Positions 49,573 through 63,888 of a stretch of DNA of 64,000 nt are shown piece after piece. The first letter of the stretch is position 1. Every line of letters starts with the position of its first letter. The stretch lies in NCBI GenBank assembly GCA_051362555.1, contig CM120645.1, positions 5,332,001-5,396,000 of the forward strand. The letters are read 5' to 3'. The stretch is from Lingula anatina (taxonomy: Eukaryota; Animalia; Brachiopoda). The translations under genes were made by a program, and so were the position numbers. The notes under the pieces are model-generated. The model had not been told where the DNA came from. It ran no database searches and was given only the letters and a program-made list of their open reading frames with translations.

Positions 49573-50591
49573 TATGCACGCCAAAGGCCATTAACTTCAC
49601 CATGGCAATCTTTCGACCCGTGCCTCAGTTTTGTCAAGGGATAAATCGTTTTCTTGGCCAGTTAAGTTGTCGTGTGATTTGATAGCCTTCATTGTTATTG
49701 ATTTATGAAAAGAGTGATCTCTGCGAACAATTGATACTTGAAATGAAGTCCATGCGAACATACCAAACCCATTCTATCATCTGCAAGCAGATTCTCAGAA
49801 AATTCATGCATGTGAAAGCTATTTGTATACTGACGCAGACTGTGTTACTTTGCCATTTGAATCAAAGGCCGGCCATTTATCTTGGACCGAAAAAACCAAT
49901 TAGCCAACCGAGTTCTTGGCTAGTTTCATTCCGAACGAGGAAATTGCCATCAATCTAGAAAATACATTCTCGAATAAAAGAGTATGCCAATGGACCTTGG
50001 CTTTTGAAAGTGACAAAGATGCATTGAGATATATGGGAAATAAAAGGGGAAGATTGTCCTAAAATGGTGCAAATTAATTAAATGGTTTAAACGGCTTCTA
50101 TAGAGAAGAAGCCGTTTGGTTAAACCGGGTTGCCAGCCTTTCATAAAGGGCAGGGCCTGTAGTAATATCGTCATATGGTCATATGATCAACGGACCAGAT
50201 TGGTTCCGATTTCCCTGCAACTTAAAGCAAGTTTGCAGCCGTGCACGCAATTTTAGGTGAAAATAAAAAACGCTTTAAAGGAGAGTCCTTATTTAAAAGC
50301 AAGCAAACAAAAGCGACCCACATAATCTCCAAGGACGCGTCTGCAGACCGATGGTTCACCAATGCGTTTATTCTTGGAGGTTGGGTTACAGTTCGTTCTG
50401 TCTCCTATGTATACTAGTTACAAGGTGCACTCTTTGTGGTATACAAGAGTGTGATTACAGAGACTCGTAGCTGACCTATCCAACGGCTGTCGTTTCCACG
50501 CATATAACAAATGCACTTGCATTGGGTTTCGTTTACAAGAGGGCAACGACCAGCAAATGATGCAATGAAGGATATTGAAATACACCCGTGC

Positions 50592-50652
50592 GCACATTTC
50601 TTGTAAGCGAAAGGCACACCTCTTGTAAGCGAGGGCACAGTTCTTGTAAGCA
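50592..50652. repeat. Three 21-22-bp tandem units (gcaca..tcttgtaagcga)
   Basis: Units start at 50592, 50614 and 50635; inverted partial copies (tacaagag) near 50437 and 50534. Confidence 0.7.
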
Positions 50653-51421
50653 AAATACAGGATCAATTATCCGATTGTTTGAAGCGCCAGCCGCGGGATT
50701 ATTCAACAATGGTTATTTTTTTACCATTCCTTGTGATAAATTTGTCTCACGCAATCCACATTATATTTAAAACTACACGCACGTGGAGAAATTCACACCA
50801 AAACGCAAGAAAAACAATTTTGATATACTGAAATCGCCACTGCAAAATTCTGAGAAACACTGATTAGCCCTATATGTTGCCTTTACTAGATACTGTATAC
50901 CTCAGTCATTTCACACGGGTTAAGTGAGGCAAAAGCTAGGAAAGCCAGGATAAAAGTCACGAAAGTGCACGTATTGTAAGATTTCTTGGTTATTAGCAGT
51001 TGCCATTTCCTCTAAGAATTTATCAGTCTCTAGTATCCCTATAAATGCTTTAAAAGTCACTGTTTCAAATTTAAGGGTGAAAATAACTTCAATTGTGACT
51101 AAACTCTGTGTCGCAAGCTGTCAATTTATCCCCTTTCCTCTCTTGCCCTCACCAGTGAAAAGCCGATGCAAGGAGTAAGAGATATATGTTTAAATTTATC
51201 AAAAAGAACGGCTATGTATGCATAGTATTTAACTTACTTCAATGACATAATCCGGTCTGACTCTAGCACGAGCAGCAAATACATAAAACGTGAATAGGAA
51301 TGCTAGATACAGCAACACTAATTTTCTTACTAGGTGTTTTATGATTTTTGATCGGAGACGCATGGCTTTTATGTATATCGATATATATCGATAAATGAAA
51401 AAATGCTATTTAAATATATTT

Positions 51422-51510
51422 ATAATAATGAAATTTAAAACTGGTCAATTTCCACGCAATATAGCTGAAAGCATACCTGGAAATTGAACAGTTTTTAATT
51501 TCATTATTAT
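51422..51510. repeat. AT-rich hairpin with 33-bp arms
   Basis: ataataatgaaatttaaaactggtcaatttcca / tggaaattgaacagtttttaatttcattattat, 2 mismatches. Confidence 0.85.
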
Positions 51511-52100
51511 GAGTACACAACTACACAGATAAAATTCCATCGGGTATTTAAGTAGTTAAATCTTGGAATGGCGAATACAAACCGTACAGGCTCATTCTAG
51601 GTTTAATGACTTCAAGTGAATTTGTTCAAACTAGGTAAACTTGGGTTGGGGATTAATAGAAAAATAAGATTTTGTGACGTCATGCATAGGTCATCTTCGG
51701 CCAGTTCTGAGAATAAGCGTAAGGTCCTCAGAGTGCCCACGTCAGGAAACTGTCACTTAAAAGACAGAACATGGGCTATTAATTCTGTTGTCTTTACTAA
51801 ATCTCCTTTTTTTCTTTCTAGGTATTCTGTGGTTGTTGGTCAGAGACCTATGATATTTTTGGATATTGATTAATGAAAACCTTTACTCCAGTCTTGCATT
51901 CTAACGACAAATAAACAGACAAATGATATCTGTAACTGTTACAGTACAGGTTTGAATACAGAGAGTAATGGACTCTTGCCATGGCAATAGGCTTAGTTTA
52001 CTATATAACTTCATTTTACTGTGACATTTTATCACTGGGGCATTAAAACAAAGTGTGTAGTATATATACGGCAGTGATGTTGCCAATGGATAGACTTACA

Positions 52101-52141
<41 letters not shown>
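52101..52141. repeat. (AAT)n microsatellite
   Basis: Direct reading. Confidence 0.95.
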
Positions 52142-52142
<1 letters not shown>

Positions 52143-53559
52143 GATGATGATCATGATGATGCCGATGGTGATAATAGTAAAGTGATATAAGAGTTTTTTT
52201 GGGTCTTTTACGACTACGGCGATACATCTCGTGGCTCAAGACAATATACACATTCATGTTCAGGTAGAGCGGCACCATTTCGTTAAAAAGACACAATAAG
52301 CGAATCTTTTAGTTAAACAGACGCTGTTAGTTCGACTACGGTACCAAGTAATGTTGATTTCAGATAATCAATCGAACTTGCTTTATATATAATTTTGTCA
52401 GGAATGAGATTATTAGCCTCGTCCCCTACTTGGAGTTTGATAGCTTTCAATGGAAACTTGTCTCTGATATTGGTAAGTTTGAAGAAACCATTTTAATTCC
52501 AGGTGAACAATATCCATAAGTGCTATGTGTTCTTGTATATAATGCTTAATTGCTTCCAAAGCGGAAAGAACAATTGTTCCAAGGAACAGCTATTCATGGT
52601 CGGTATTTATTTCTATCTGTCTTGTAAAAGCAACAGCTTGCTAAGTAAGATATATATATTTAAAAATGACAGCCTGGTTTTCTTTAATTAGGAGATACAA
52701 AAGTGCGTAGGAAGGCGTGGTCACAAATGCACCAAATGCTATGGCATTTAATACCTTTATGTCTCCTCATTACCCAAGCGAATATATAAGTAAAGGACAA
52801 ACACAAATATGGTGTTCGAAATTTGGCCGATAGCGGCCGCTTTTATTGAAAGGTCCCTCTAGTAAAAGAATAGTGTTAGTTATTATATAGCATTAGATAA
52901 TGTTAGATAAATAAAAATTACGTTATCTTAAAGCATAAAAATAAATATCAAAACAAATAGTGCACACATTTTCTTGTGTGTGGTTGCAAAGAGGCCAACA
53001 ACTGCACAACTGAAACCACAAAAAGATTGAAAATTTATATTTATACAAACGGAAGCCAAATAAGTTATTCCCTTTTCTTAGGTGTTGTTTGTCATTGTGA
53101 AAGCAGGGATGTTTACAGGGACTAAGCTGGTAAACGTGCATGTCGGATAAAGATTTACGCCAATGCCCACCTACGATTTCATAAGAGAAATGTTATGTCA
53201 TCTCAAAATTCATAACGATAAATGATCTCCTTATGAAACCATAAATTTTTCATTTGGCAGTGGAAACAAAAATACCCAAATCACTTGAAAAAGCATTAAG
53301 TAGATGCATGTCTCTTTGAATTGCAGCAGTGCAATGAAATCGAAATTGAAATCGTTCGTATGAAGACAAGCCTGCGTCCAGAAAACGTAGTTAAAATTGA
53401 AAAATGTCCTACACCTCATTAGCCTTAACCTTTAAATGATTAAAAATCAAATTGGAGACTGAAATCCCTAAAAGGAGAAAAAATCCTCAAAATGCGTCCA
53501 GCAATATGGTCCGTCGCCTCAGAGTAATATCCAAATAGACCGCAGTAAAAGACAAGAAC

Positions 53560-53800
53560 AAAGGAAACATTCGGGAGGGAAGACACAGTTTCAGACCCAG
53601 ACTACGCATGGCGTGTCTCACGAATTTAGGCCAACGAATGGATTATAATAGACAGTGACTGTGTGGACCCCCAAAGAGCAAGGGTAGATCACATAGACAA
53701 AGTGGAAATATAAGACTAAGACATATAAAGCCTGAATGGCCTAGAATAGAGGAGAGCAAAATTCTGTGAAAGAGTTTCAAGGATGGTTGATGCGGGTCTA
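53560..53800 (+). mobile_element. Degenerate 3' fragment of an RTE-like LINE ORF2
   Basis: Broken frames give IREGRHSF, RLRMA, TVTVWTPKE, GRS..KW and EWPRI, echoing the RTE C-terminal pattern IRxRRLxWxGH..W.P...RGRP..W. Confidence 0.45.
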
Positions 53801-56800
53801 AATTATGATTTTACGTTTTAGAAACCACCGTCCATGTAAGCTGTGTGTGTGTCGGAATTGAAGAGGGCCCTATATTTCTTCTGAGAGGTTTGGGAAGTCA
53901 AGTGATAATAATGAACGTCCTGGCCCCTCTGCGAATTTACTTACACAACTGCAACGTAAGAACTAAATAAAAGTTCAGACCTAATAGAGGCCTGCGTCGA
54001 AAATTGCGCATTTGCATAATAATAATTACGTAAATGAATAGCGATAATGATAAAATGAAATAAATATCAGAAGAAGAAGAACATTAATCTTCGACTTATA
54101 AACCCGCAACTCAAAAACACTGTGCATTTCCACTCTGTAGCCCTAATAAAATGTGTTTTCCTTATAAGAGAATCAATACGTTCTAGGGTAGGTTTTTGCT
54201 GAACTACAATTAAGCTCCGGCGAAATAACATATCCTCAGGATCATACGAGTAGGAATAATTTTGATAAATAATCTCAACTATAAACCGCAATTCGGTCCT
54301 AGCGAAATGATATATATCTTCAGGAAAGTAGGTATCAATTTTTGACAAATGCCCTTGACTGATTGTCTAGCTTTTACTGTTGCAACGTAAAACCATCACA
54401 ATAGAAGACAGTTAAATGCGCCAAACAATACGAATAGTCCTTGGCTCTAGACGGAATTAGATTACATTTGCTTTAAGGGTTCTAATACTTACGGGCTTCG
54501 CCTTTTCATACGTCTTTATGATCGAGGTTGAAGTTACAAGCAGAAATGAAGCAAAAAGGGCCTTTTGTTCTTGATAAAAAACTAGGCTTGTCCAGGCGAA
54601 AAATGAATATCGATCGCATAATCTCGACAAGAAAGCAAGCGAACACATATTTGGAAAGAAAAGACATTTTCCGTGATTTTAAAGCAATGTTAAACCGCTA
54701 GAGGCGCAGAACAAGGGGGGGGGGCGTTTTATAAACATCTTTTGAGTCAAAAGCTTGACAGGCGAAATATTAACTGATCTTTACTCTAAGACTTAAAAAA
54801 TTGTTAAACTTCAGTGGCATATTTTGGATGGAAGTAAGTTGAAATTTGGGGCTTAAAGTTAAGGTAAACTTTTATTTAAATCGTTTCCTAAAACACACTC
54901 AAATGTTAATCAACCGAAAGTTTTCTTCATCCCTAAGGCAAAATGGTCTTTCGCCGAAAACTTCCTCAGTAAATTGGATACTTCGATAGGTAGTGTTAGA
55001 TGTTATTGCGCTGCTATTAAAATACTAGCTAAGTTCCATTCTATTCAAGGTCTTTTGGAATTGCCGAGACCATGCTTAAAATTCAATAGCGTGGTTGTTG
55101 TTTAGAAACCGTAGTAGAAAGACGCAAATTGGAGGTAATTCCACCACGGCAGTAGTAAACCGCAGCACCGCAGCAAGAGAAAAACAAGCCATCAGTCCAG
55201 ACAACAGCCGGTGAAGTAACGTGTTGGACGGATAAGAAGACAGGTACTTTGAATGGTTTTTACAGGGCATTTAGATAACAAAGCCCTGCATGGGATAAAA
55301 CAACAAAAATAATTAACCCTCTAGCCTACGCGTAAGATATCATTCAGAACAAGTACTTATAACACCCATGGCAGCCAAGGTAAAACTCCGCATGAAGGGA
55401 TTTTGCGAAACCGAGAGATAGATAGATAGCTAGATAGTTCTCGACCATTCTGCTCTTTTGGACCCTGAAATATGTTTGCTACAGAAGAAAGGTAAAATGT
55501 AAATCAGTCTCTCACTACCTATCAATAGACTGCTCATTCCGTTACAGCATGTATACCCCATTTTGTTCAAAGGAGAAAAAAATTTTACGGTAGCCACTGC
55601 CACAGCATTGCAAAAAAAAAGACAGGGATTGCTTCAGAATTCTGGCGTGAAGAGCGCTGATACACACACACACACACACACGTATCCAGACAGGCACACG
55701 CACACACACATACATGTACACACAACTACTACTACTACTGAAACAACCAACAGGAGGGATTCTTAACTTGGCAAATTTTCCATACAAAGGAAAGTGGCTA
55801 GTAAATACTTTGTGAGATTCCAGTGGTGATCATGTGATTTGTTTGTGCACAAAGCCAGTTTCCTTCCTGTTTTCGCTCTTTTCTATAAGTCTTGGTAAAC
55901 AACGAATCATCGCCGTTAATCAAAAGGGGTTTAGTTTAATCGATTATGATTATGCCGGTGTCTGAGGCACGTTGCAGCCACGTGCGTAACGTCACTTACG
56001 TATTCGTTAAAGACTAATTACGATCATATCGGATGCACGTAATAACCCGTTGAGACGATTAAGTTTTTGGAAGCTGGCTAATAACTGTGATATAATCAAG
56101 TTAATCAAATTAATTTGTTTTGATTGGTTCCTTCGGTCAGGGACGGTTTTGCAAGACGGGAAAAAACACTTTGTTCACGCATTGACTATATGTACATGTA
56201 CAGGTACGTTCGAACTAGAGTAAACCCGCTCGGTAAAAATCTGTATGTAGTTAAAATTTAATCAACAGGTGGCATAGCAATTTACACGTACCTGTTCCCT
56301 TGTCTCAGCAACACACCTTTGTGGACCGTTCTCTGTACACAGGCGCACTACAAAAGTGTATGGTCGACTCTCATATTGTTTTCTGCAGAGGCTTGGCCTA
56401 TACTTTAATCGCTAGTACATTAATGTGGCGGGGTTTTTTTTACCTTTTCTAGACCTACATCCATTCAGAACTCTCTCTGAACGTGTCCTGGCTTAGTTTT
56501 TTTTCTGGATGTATGCAAGAACTTAAATCTTCAAAATGCATTGATAAGTTATACACCATCCAACACAAGAGAAAGAGAACAGCCAAACTGTCGTAGTAGA
56601 TAGGCACTTGTTCCCGCAATGTCACTTGTGACAATTCTTAACATTCGACCGTCGCTATTATTATAACCAATTGACTTTCTACATCCGTGGTACTTTTTCC
56701 ACAAAAAGAATAAAAAGGCTGTATAAAAGCATTGGGCATTGAAAATGGTTATATTTGGCGTCGGTACTCTACGTAAATACTCTGTTATTTAACAGGAACA

Positions 56801-59800
56801 AAACAGTAAAGTTTACGCATAGACAACGGTTTATTTTTTTCAACAAAATCAAGTAATTTAATTATAGCACCTAGGGTAAATTGCCTCGTCCTACTTACGA
56901 CCACACGCATAGTTAACGAAGGAAGCCCAGTAGACTTATTGGAATATCCTACGTTCAAATTGACCTGCGAGATTGGAAATGTATACAAATGTGTCTAAGG
57001 AACGTAAAATTCCAATCAATATGATAGCTCGTATTAACAAATGGTGATTATTACGAATAACTGAATCTTCGCCGTACTACTGTAACTTATCAACTTTTTT
57101 TCTTGTTCATCTTAGGACATGTCAGTGTCATTCAGATCGATTCGTATTAATAGCTCCGTTTAAAACTGTTAATTAAAGCAAGGGCCAGCTCCACAAAACG
57201 TTTGAAGCTTACCGTTGATTTATTCCATCGGTTAGCGAGCCAATTGGGTAAAGTTGAAATGTTAGTATTGGCATAAGAGCGTTTTGAGAACGATTGGTCA
57301 CCAATAAATATAGCTCGATTATACACCCAAATGATCTATATCACTCCTGATATTTAAAAATAATTGACAAGACAATCACAATTTGTATTGGTCTTCATCA
57401 TGAGACTGGATAAAGATCAGGATATATATTTTTGTGAAACGCAGATTAGGCAGCTACTACTCTTAACATTTTTTATTTAGACTGCCGTGAAACATGTTTG
57501 TAATAGGACAAAATTCACAGACAGACATTTCTGAGCTATGTCACTGTGCTTCAGTTGAACACAGACAGACTGGTTTGTAGACGTAAGTAGTCAGCGTTTC
57601 ACAGATTTCAATGTTGGATAATGCTATTGATCCCTTGACCCACTTGGCTTGTTCATTCATTGTTTTATTGATATTGATATTTCTATCTATATCTTATCTT
57701 CTTCCTGTAATTTAATTTTGACATTGCGCCAGTGCTCATCACTATCACTGTAAGAAAGTGAGCTTTTGCCAAATTTACTGAGGGCCTCTGGCATTGTGTT
57801 TGTTTAGTTTTTGCTCTGCCAACAAAGACGATAGGATTTACTTCTTTTTTTTCTTCTGAAACGTGCCCATAGACTGTTGCCTTGCAGCCTTTTCTAAGCC
57901 GCTGCACACGAGAAAAGTCATAACAGTCGTCATTGTCCCCAGAAACGTCTTATCTCTCATATTCATCTGCCTGATACGCTTTGTAGCTTTTCGATATTCA
58001 TGTTTTGCCTACTCCACTCAGTTAAGAGGTTCAAAATGACACTTCACGCATTATGGCAAAGGTGCTAGTTGGGCTTTCTCTGCATGTCGTTCAAGAGATA
58101 ATTTGCAGGTTTTTCTTAACAGCTTAATGCAAAAATTGCATAATGAACTAATATTCTTGATGCGTAATTGGTTTGTCTACCAGTGCTGTTCTGTACGTGT
58201 GTGGGATTGATGGACTCCAATATTCCACTCTGATAACAAGAAGATATTAGGAAAAGATCGAAATTACAGAATCTCATGAATTATTTTAAATACATTTGGT
58301 TACATTGTGATGCTTTCGGGGTTATTTCAGGCCTACTTTTGATATCTTGTATTAGTATTCAGACTCGGGTTTTATTATGCAATAAGTTAAAATACCATCT
58401 TGGAAATAATATGTAAAAACTGATTTACCTCGATAAGCTCGCGGCTGTTTTGAATTCCCACGTAATTCATTTTCGGGGGAAAACGTTCAATGTAATTTTA
58501 GTTGGCTTTTCGTCTCATGCTATTCAAAAGATAACTGACATATCTGTTATTTGTGCATGCCTGTCTAGACGCGTCGGGTCTATCACTTACAACCTTTGAA
58601 ACAGTGGCGTGAACACTACAGCACTAATAGTGACTATTATGTGAGCGGATGTTGGAAGGGATGTTTGTTCTCTTAGGCGTTATTCAATAACAACAAGCCG
58701 TGATGCAACGGTAATAAGATTGGGAAGCCAAACAAACAAGGTGGCACGTCGTCTTGTCCCGTTGGGTTTTTATGTCTCCTCCACTTTCCTTTTGTTCCAC
58801 TCCAAGTATGCACGCACAAAGACCCTTAGCCCTACTCACAGACAGTAATTTAAAAACGAAAGAAGCTGAATATCAGGTACATGGACAAAGAACAATGCAG
58901 AGTACAATGTACGAACGGGTATCAAATATAAATACGGTTGAACAGTAACTTAGTCATACTTTAACTGATGAAATTAAATTATGAAATAATTTGTTAGAAA
59001 GGCCACATACGTAATTCAAGATATATGTTGCGCAAACATTATTCAATATGACTGTTGCAGCGATAACTCGCTTGAATACATACTTTAACTAGCATGATGA
59101 TATCACAAAACGCGCTCTGATATGTGTAAGTCATAGATCTATATATACGTTATTACCATTTTCCTTAGCAAAAAAAAAAAAAAAAAAAAAAAAAAACAGC
59201 AGCAAAATTCAACGACAAAGGCATCTTCAACTGAACTCAATTTAGCTATCGAAATTCTAAAATACCTTATTGCATTGTCGACTTTTTAATGCTTTTCATT
59301 TTTTATTTTCGTTTTCTGTCATACTGGTCTATTACATGTAAATGCAACATTATGCCATAAGGATGTGTTTCCTAAAAGATATTACAGCTATTAATTACAT
59401 TAACTGTGGAAAGACGTCACACAGACCAGTCAGTTCAAGTCAACAATAATGAAGACTAACATATAAGACTCTGGGAGTCTTTGAAGGTGAACTAATAAAG
59501 TTTTTAAGCGCCTTGTCCAAAAAAACGACAAACCAAACAGATGCAATAAACCTTAACACTGTAAAGCACTTCCTAACGTACAATAAACATATAGAGCCAC
59601 TCATTAAGTTCGGGAAGAATGACACTCGTCACCAATCTCGCCAAAATGGACTTTGCGTGTGATATCTAATTTCATTCCTCTACAAAGAACATGTCTTGAA
59701 GGTCTTTGACCAGGCGCATTAACGTCAAATAATGTTAACCAATCCCAAAGCTCGCTTTTTCTGAGAAAAATAATTCTCCCCTAATCCTCTAATAAAACTG

Positions 59801-60288
59801 TGGATTATCCAAAATTCCTCAAAATATCAATGTGACTTGAGTACACGTTTCTTAAATATATGTATCAGAGCAATACTCATCTTTTGTCCTTTTTACAGTG
59901 TTTCCTCAGCAAGTCCATAAATTAGTTTTCACAATAAACCATTAGGAACAACATAGATGACATACACATTTACATACACATGAGTGCATCTTATGAAATT
60001 TTAAACTCTTTTCAAAGAGATACTGGCAGAGAGAGAGATATAATGGTGGGGAGTATATGTACTTAGTGAAGCGGATTCCAGTCACGCTCTTGCCACAGGA
60101 CCCGTCCGTCTCATTTCTACGAGAATGAGTTTTGATGGCATTTTCCATACGTTTTCCTACACCCTAATAACCAATATAAACGCCACCTCGTTGACTGATT
60201 CATCCATTATTTATTTTAATAACCTCATCCGGGCAGATTTTTCCAAAACTGATTTTCATCACCTTTACCAGATTTAGGTTCTTTCCAT

Positions 60289-60459
60289 AACCAAGTTGAT
60301 CCGCGAACTAACTGACCCGCGGATCAAATATGGCCTACCCACTTGAAAGCTCTCCACGGAATTCCCTGATGGATTTCTCCCGGGAATTACACGGCACGCT
60401 TTCAAGTGGGTCGGTCATATTTGATCTGCGGATCAGTTAGTTCGCGGATCAACTTGGTT
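60289..60459. mobile_element. Young fold-back MITE with ~62-bp inverted arms
   Basis: aaccaagttgatccgcgaactaactga..cccacttgaaagc / gctttcaagtggg..tcagttagttcgcggatcaacttggtt, with few mismatches. Confidence 0.85.
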
Positions 60460-61660
60460 GTTAAAAGAGTCTGTCATTACCGTCTCATGCTACCATGGAT
60501 ATATTTTTTTCTGACAAAATCAGCAATTTCCATTATTTTCCAGACATCACTCTGTCGATTTCTACACTTTAATTATTCCCCTTTGAAAATGAATTACTTC
60601 ATCTCACTCCACTTTGTTTTATTCGATTGAATGGTCGTGTGCTAGTCAAGATTAAAATCCAACTCAAGTTGCGATTCACTAGTATGTCATCATTGTCCAT
60701 ATTGTTTGTATGTATCTCTCTCTATTTATTTATTTTGTTTGCATTGGATAAGATTGAAATAAGAAATTTTTAAAAAATGCTGAGAAGTTAACGTGATTTG
60801 TAATATCACATGTTCTTAACTTTAGGCCTATATATCCTAAATGAATATAGTCACATTTTCAACAATCCCTTATCCACAATAAAACGTGCCGTACCGTATA
60901 AACAGTGTATCTCTTACACGCTACCAGAAGCAAACTACCGTATAAAGAGAACGGAAGTTTATGTGAATCGTCCACATGCAGTTATTTATCGGGGTAAAAC
61001 CTGTCCGAGTCTTGTTTTGTGAAACAATACATACTTCCAGCGTGGGAGATCAACCCCTTGAGCTAACTCGTACTATTGAGGAGTGTAGGACGAAAAAATT
61101 CCGGAAACGATTTTTAAACAAACCAATATCACCTTATCTGTGGACCCGTGGCGAACATTCGCAACGTTATGAAATAGGTTTGATGGATCTTCATTCAGAG
61201 GCCCCATCCCGTGATTGGCGTTAATCAATATTTCCCGTGAAGCTGACAAGTTGCGAATCTTTTCCCCATGTGTTAATACAACTTAACCTTGCCCTTCACG
61301 ATCCAATCTCTCCTTTCACACACGCTATTTGTAAATTAAGCGTCAATCATAAGAGAGTATATCGTGGTATTGTTTTACCATCTTTATTGCAAAATAATTC
61401 CCCGAGCCCAGAATGTGTGAAATAAGAAGTCCACGTAGTTAGCAGAGCCCTTACCACAGACTGGTCTATCCAAGTTTTACGTGTGAACACTTTAATCTCC
61501 AACCAAACAAATGGGGAAAAACCCACAAAATCCCACAGAGAATAAAAGTCAAGTAAAAAATAATAAAGAAACTACATTGTTGGAGAATAAATTACACCCA
61601 CGAATTCATCACCACATACTTCCTTTAATCCCGACAACAGTGTGTGGGTTTCCCCTTACC

Positions 61661-61950
61661 CACCCTGTTGAGGAATCCCATGTGGAAACAATTATCTCTG
61701 CGCGTGCGCCAAAGGCTTTGTACTTGCTCTGCATGAGCTGAGCTTCACAACGATGTGATAACTGCTCGTTACGCAACCAGTCTAAGGCTCTTTTATCTGT
61801 CACAGTAGAGCAAGTGATTGAAGTCAGAGTAATTAACTGTCTTGATTGCTGTCACACAGACTTAGACTGGACCTGCTAAGTGGCAGTGCCTGAGCAGTTA
61901 TGCAAACAATTATCAGCATGTAATCAGCCTTGAGATTCCTCAACAGGGTG
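61661..61950. mobile_element. Degenerate fold-back MITE, 290 bp
   Basis: Perfect 17-bp TIR caccctgttgaggaatc / gattcctcaacagggtg; inner pairs ataactgctc/gagcagttat and ccagtctaag/cttagactgg. Confidence 0.75.
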
Positions 61951-63654
61951 AGTTGAGCTCTAAATGACCATCTATCTAGCTAGAGACATATCTGTGTATA
62001 TCTGTAAAAAATCTAACACTCGCCCTGTTAGAGGGTAGTTTCCCCTGCTTGATTCAAACCGTCCGTGTGAATTGTTTTCTTTCTTATCACGTTTTCCTAT
62101 ACTGTAATTATTTTTTCGCCAATTTTAAATGATTTAATTAAAAGTCAAGAAAGTGCATCTTGTAACTGATTAATCTTGTACTGTTAATTAAGACGACAGT
62201 GAAAATATACCATCCGTTATACATGCAAATATAATTTGGAAAAAAAATACGCATCTCAGAGAAGCCAAGAGGTTCTCGTTTTCAAAGCCAGCGTACTTTT
62301 TGGCACAAGCTCGCTGTGCCAAATGTTTCGTCATAAATCAGTTCTAATAGACCTTGCAATTATAAAATTGGCCTCGCTGCACATATTATTTTAAGTGTCT
62401 TGTGTGAGAGAGACAAAACATCAGAAACGTTAAGAACGGTTTTGAAATACAGGTAAGTCGACTCACAGTAATTTGTTGAACCCTTTCATAATACGATCCC
62501 TGACAACCGCAGGGGAAAAAAGCCCGAGGCTCTACTTGTTTATGTCAAAATAAAATAACTGTACTTAATTCTACTATTTTTATTATCTAATCCAAGTAAC
62601 CAAAATATGTTGCCAATGTTATCTGCCCGTTGAAGTGTGGCCTAAAACACATTTATTCGCAACACGATATATAATTAGGCTACATTCTAAACCATTTTAA
62701 CTTAAAAAATTAATTCTAAACATGAAAGTGGAAACTTAATTAGGCCCACAATTCTAGCTATGTGCAACCTTTACATTCTCAGAATTAAAGCGACTCTCCT
62801 CGCGTTTGAAAATTCTCAGTCATATTTATATGCAAAGCTTACATATTTCCCAATTCAGACATCAAAGGCAACAAAACGTCTCAAATAAAGGTATATCTGA
62901 AACATACCTGGTGTCATTCTTATCTTCTCAGCCTCCATGTCAGCTTGCAACGGCTGTATTCTACATGGCACAGGACCGTGATACATGTACAAAACGCCGC
63001 GCCATTTTCTTGTGTGAAACGAGGCCATGAAGGTGAAGGTCAGAAAGGCTATGTTGTTTTATGGCTAGCCATTTAAAACTAAAAAATTAAATCAAAAATG
63101 GAATCAAAGCGCTGGTACAGGTCGAGCAAAATTAATATTCGTGAATAGGAGAAATTTGACCTTTACGTCAGCCAAATTAGTGGGAATATCTCACGGAGAG
63201 TCGCTTTAATGAGTGTGCCAAAGGTGCAGTAGGCAGAAAAAAAATGAATCTAAAAAGATTACTGTTATAACGAAAAATTACTAATAAATAAATAAAACTA
63301 TACTGAACAAAAACTTTTACAATGCGTATATCAGCTATGCAAGTCTATCACCTTTTGGTGCATGTAGTCAATTAGATTAGAATAAGAAAATAGTGTTTGG
63401 TCCCCAAACTTGTATGCTTCAGTCACTGCACAATATGAAAATATGGCATTTATGCGACTTTCAATCCCAATGAAAACCTTCCAAATGTAACAAATTCAGT
63501 ATGACTGTATTGTTACCATGTTAGCCACCAGCTATGATGTGAACATGTATTATATATTGTCAAAATTACAAGCACTGCAACATCAAAATAAACTGGTGGA
63601 TCCTGTATCTCAAGATTGAGGGTGGGGTTCCTCTCTCTTTTTCTCTCTCTCTTA

Positions 63655-63691
<37 letters not shown>

Positions 63692-63857
63692 GAGATCCAG
63701 ATTTATTTTCTGACAGTCTTCCAAATCATCTTTGTTGTTCCATCCTCCATTTTTGACCATCTTATGACAGAAAAAAATTAGATACCTGTCAATATAAACT
63801 TGAAAAATCCCGACTGCCTTTAGGAAGACGCAGAAGACAGCTTCTGCCTGCCCCTGC

Positions 63858-63887
<30 letters not shown>
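63655..63887. repeat. Two (CA)n microsatellites (63655-63688, 63861-63887)
   Basis: Direct reading. Confidence 0.95.
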
Positions 63888-63888
<1 letters not shown>

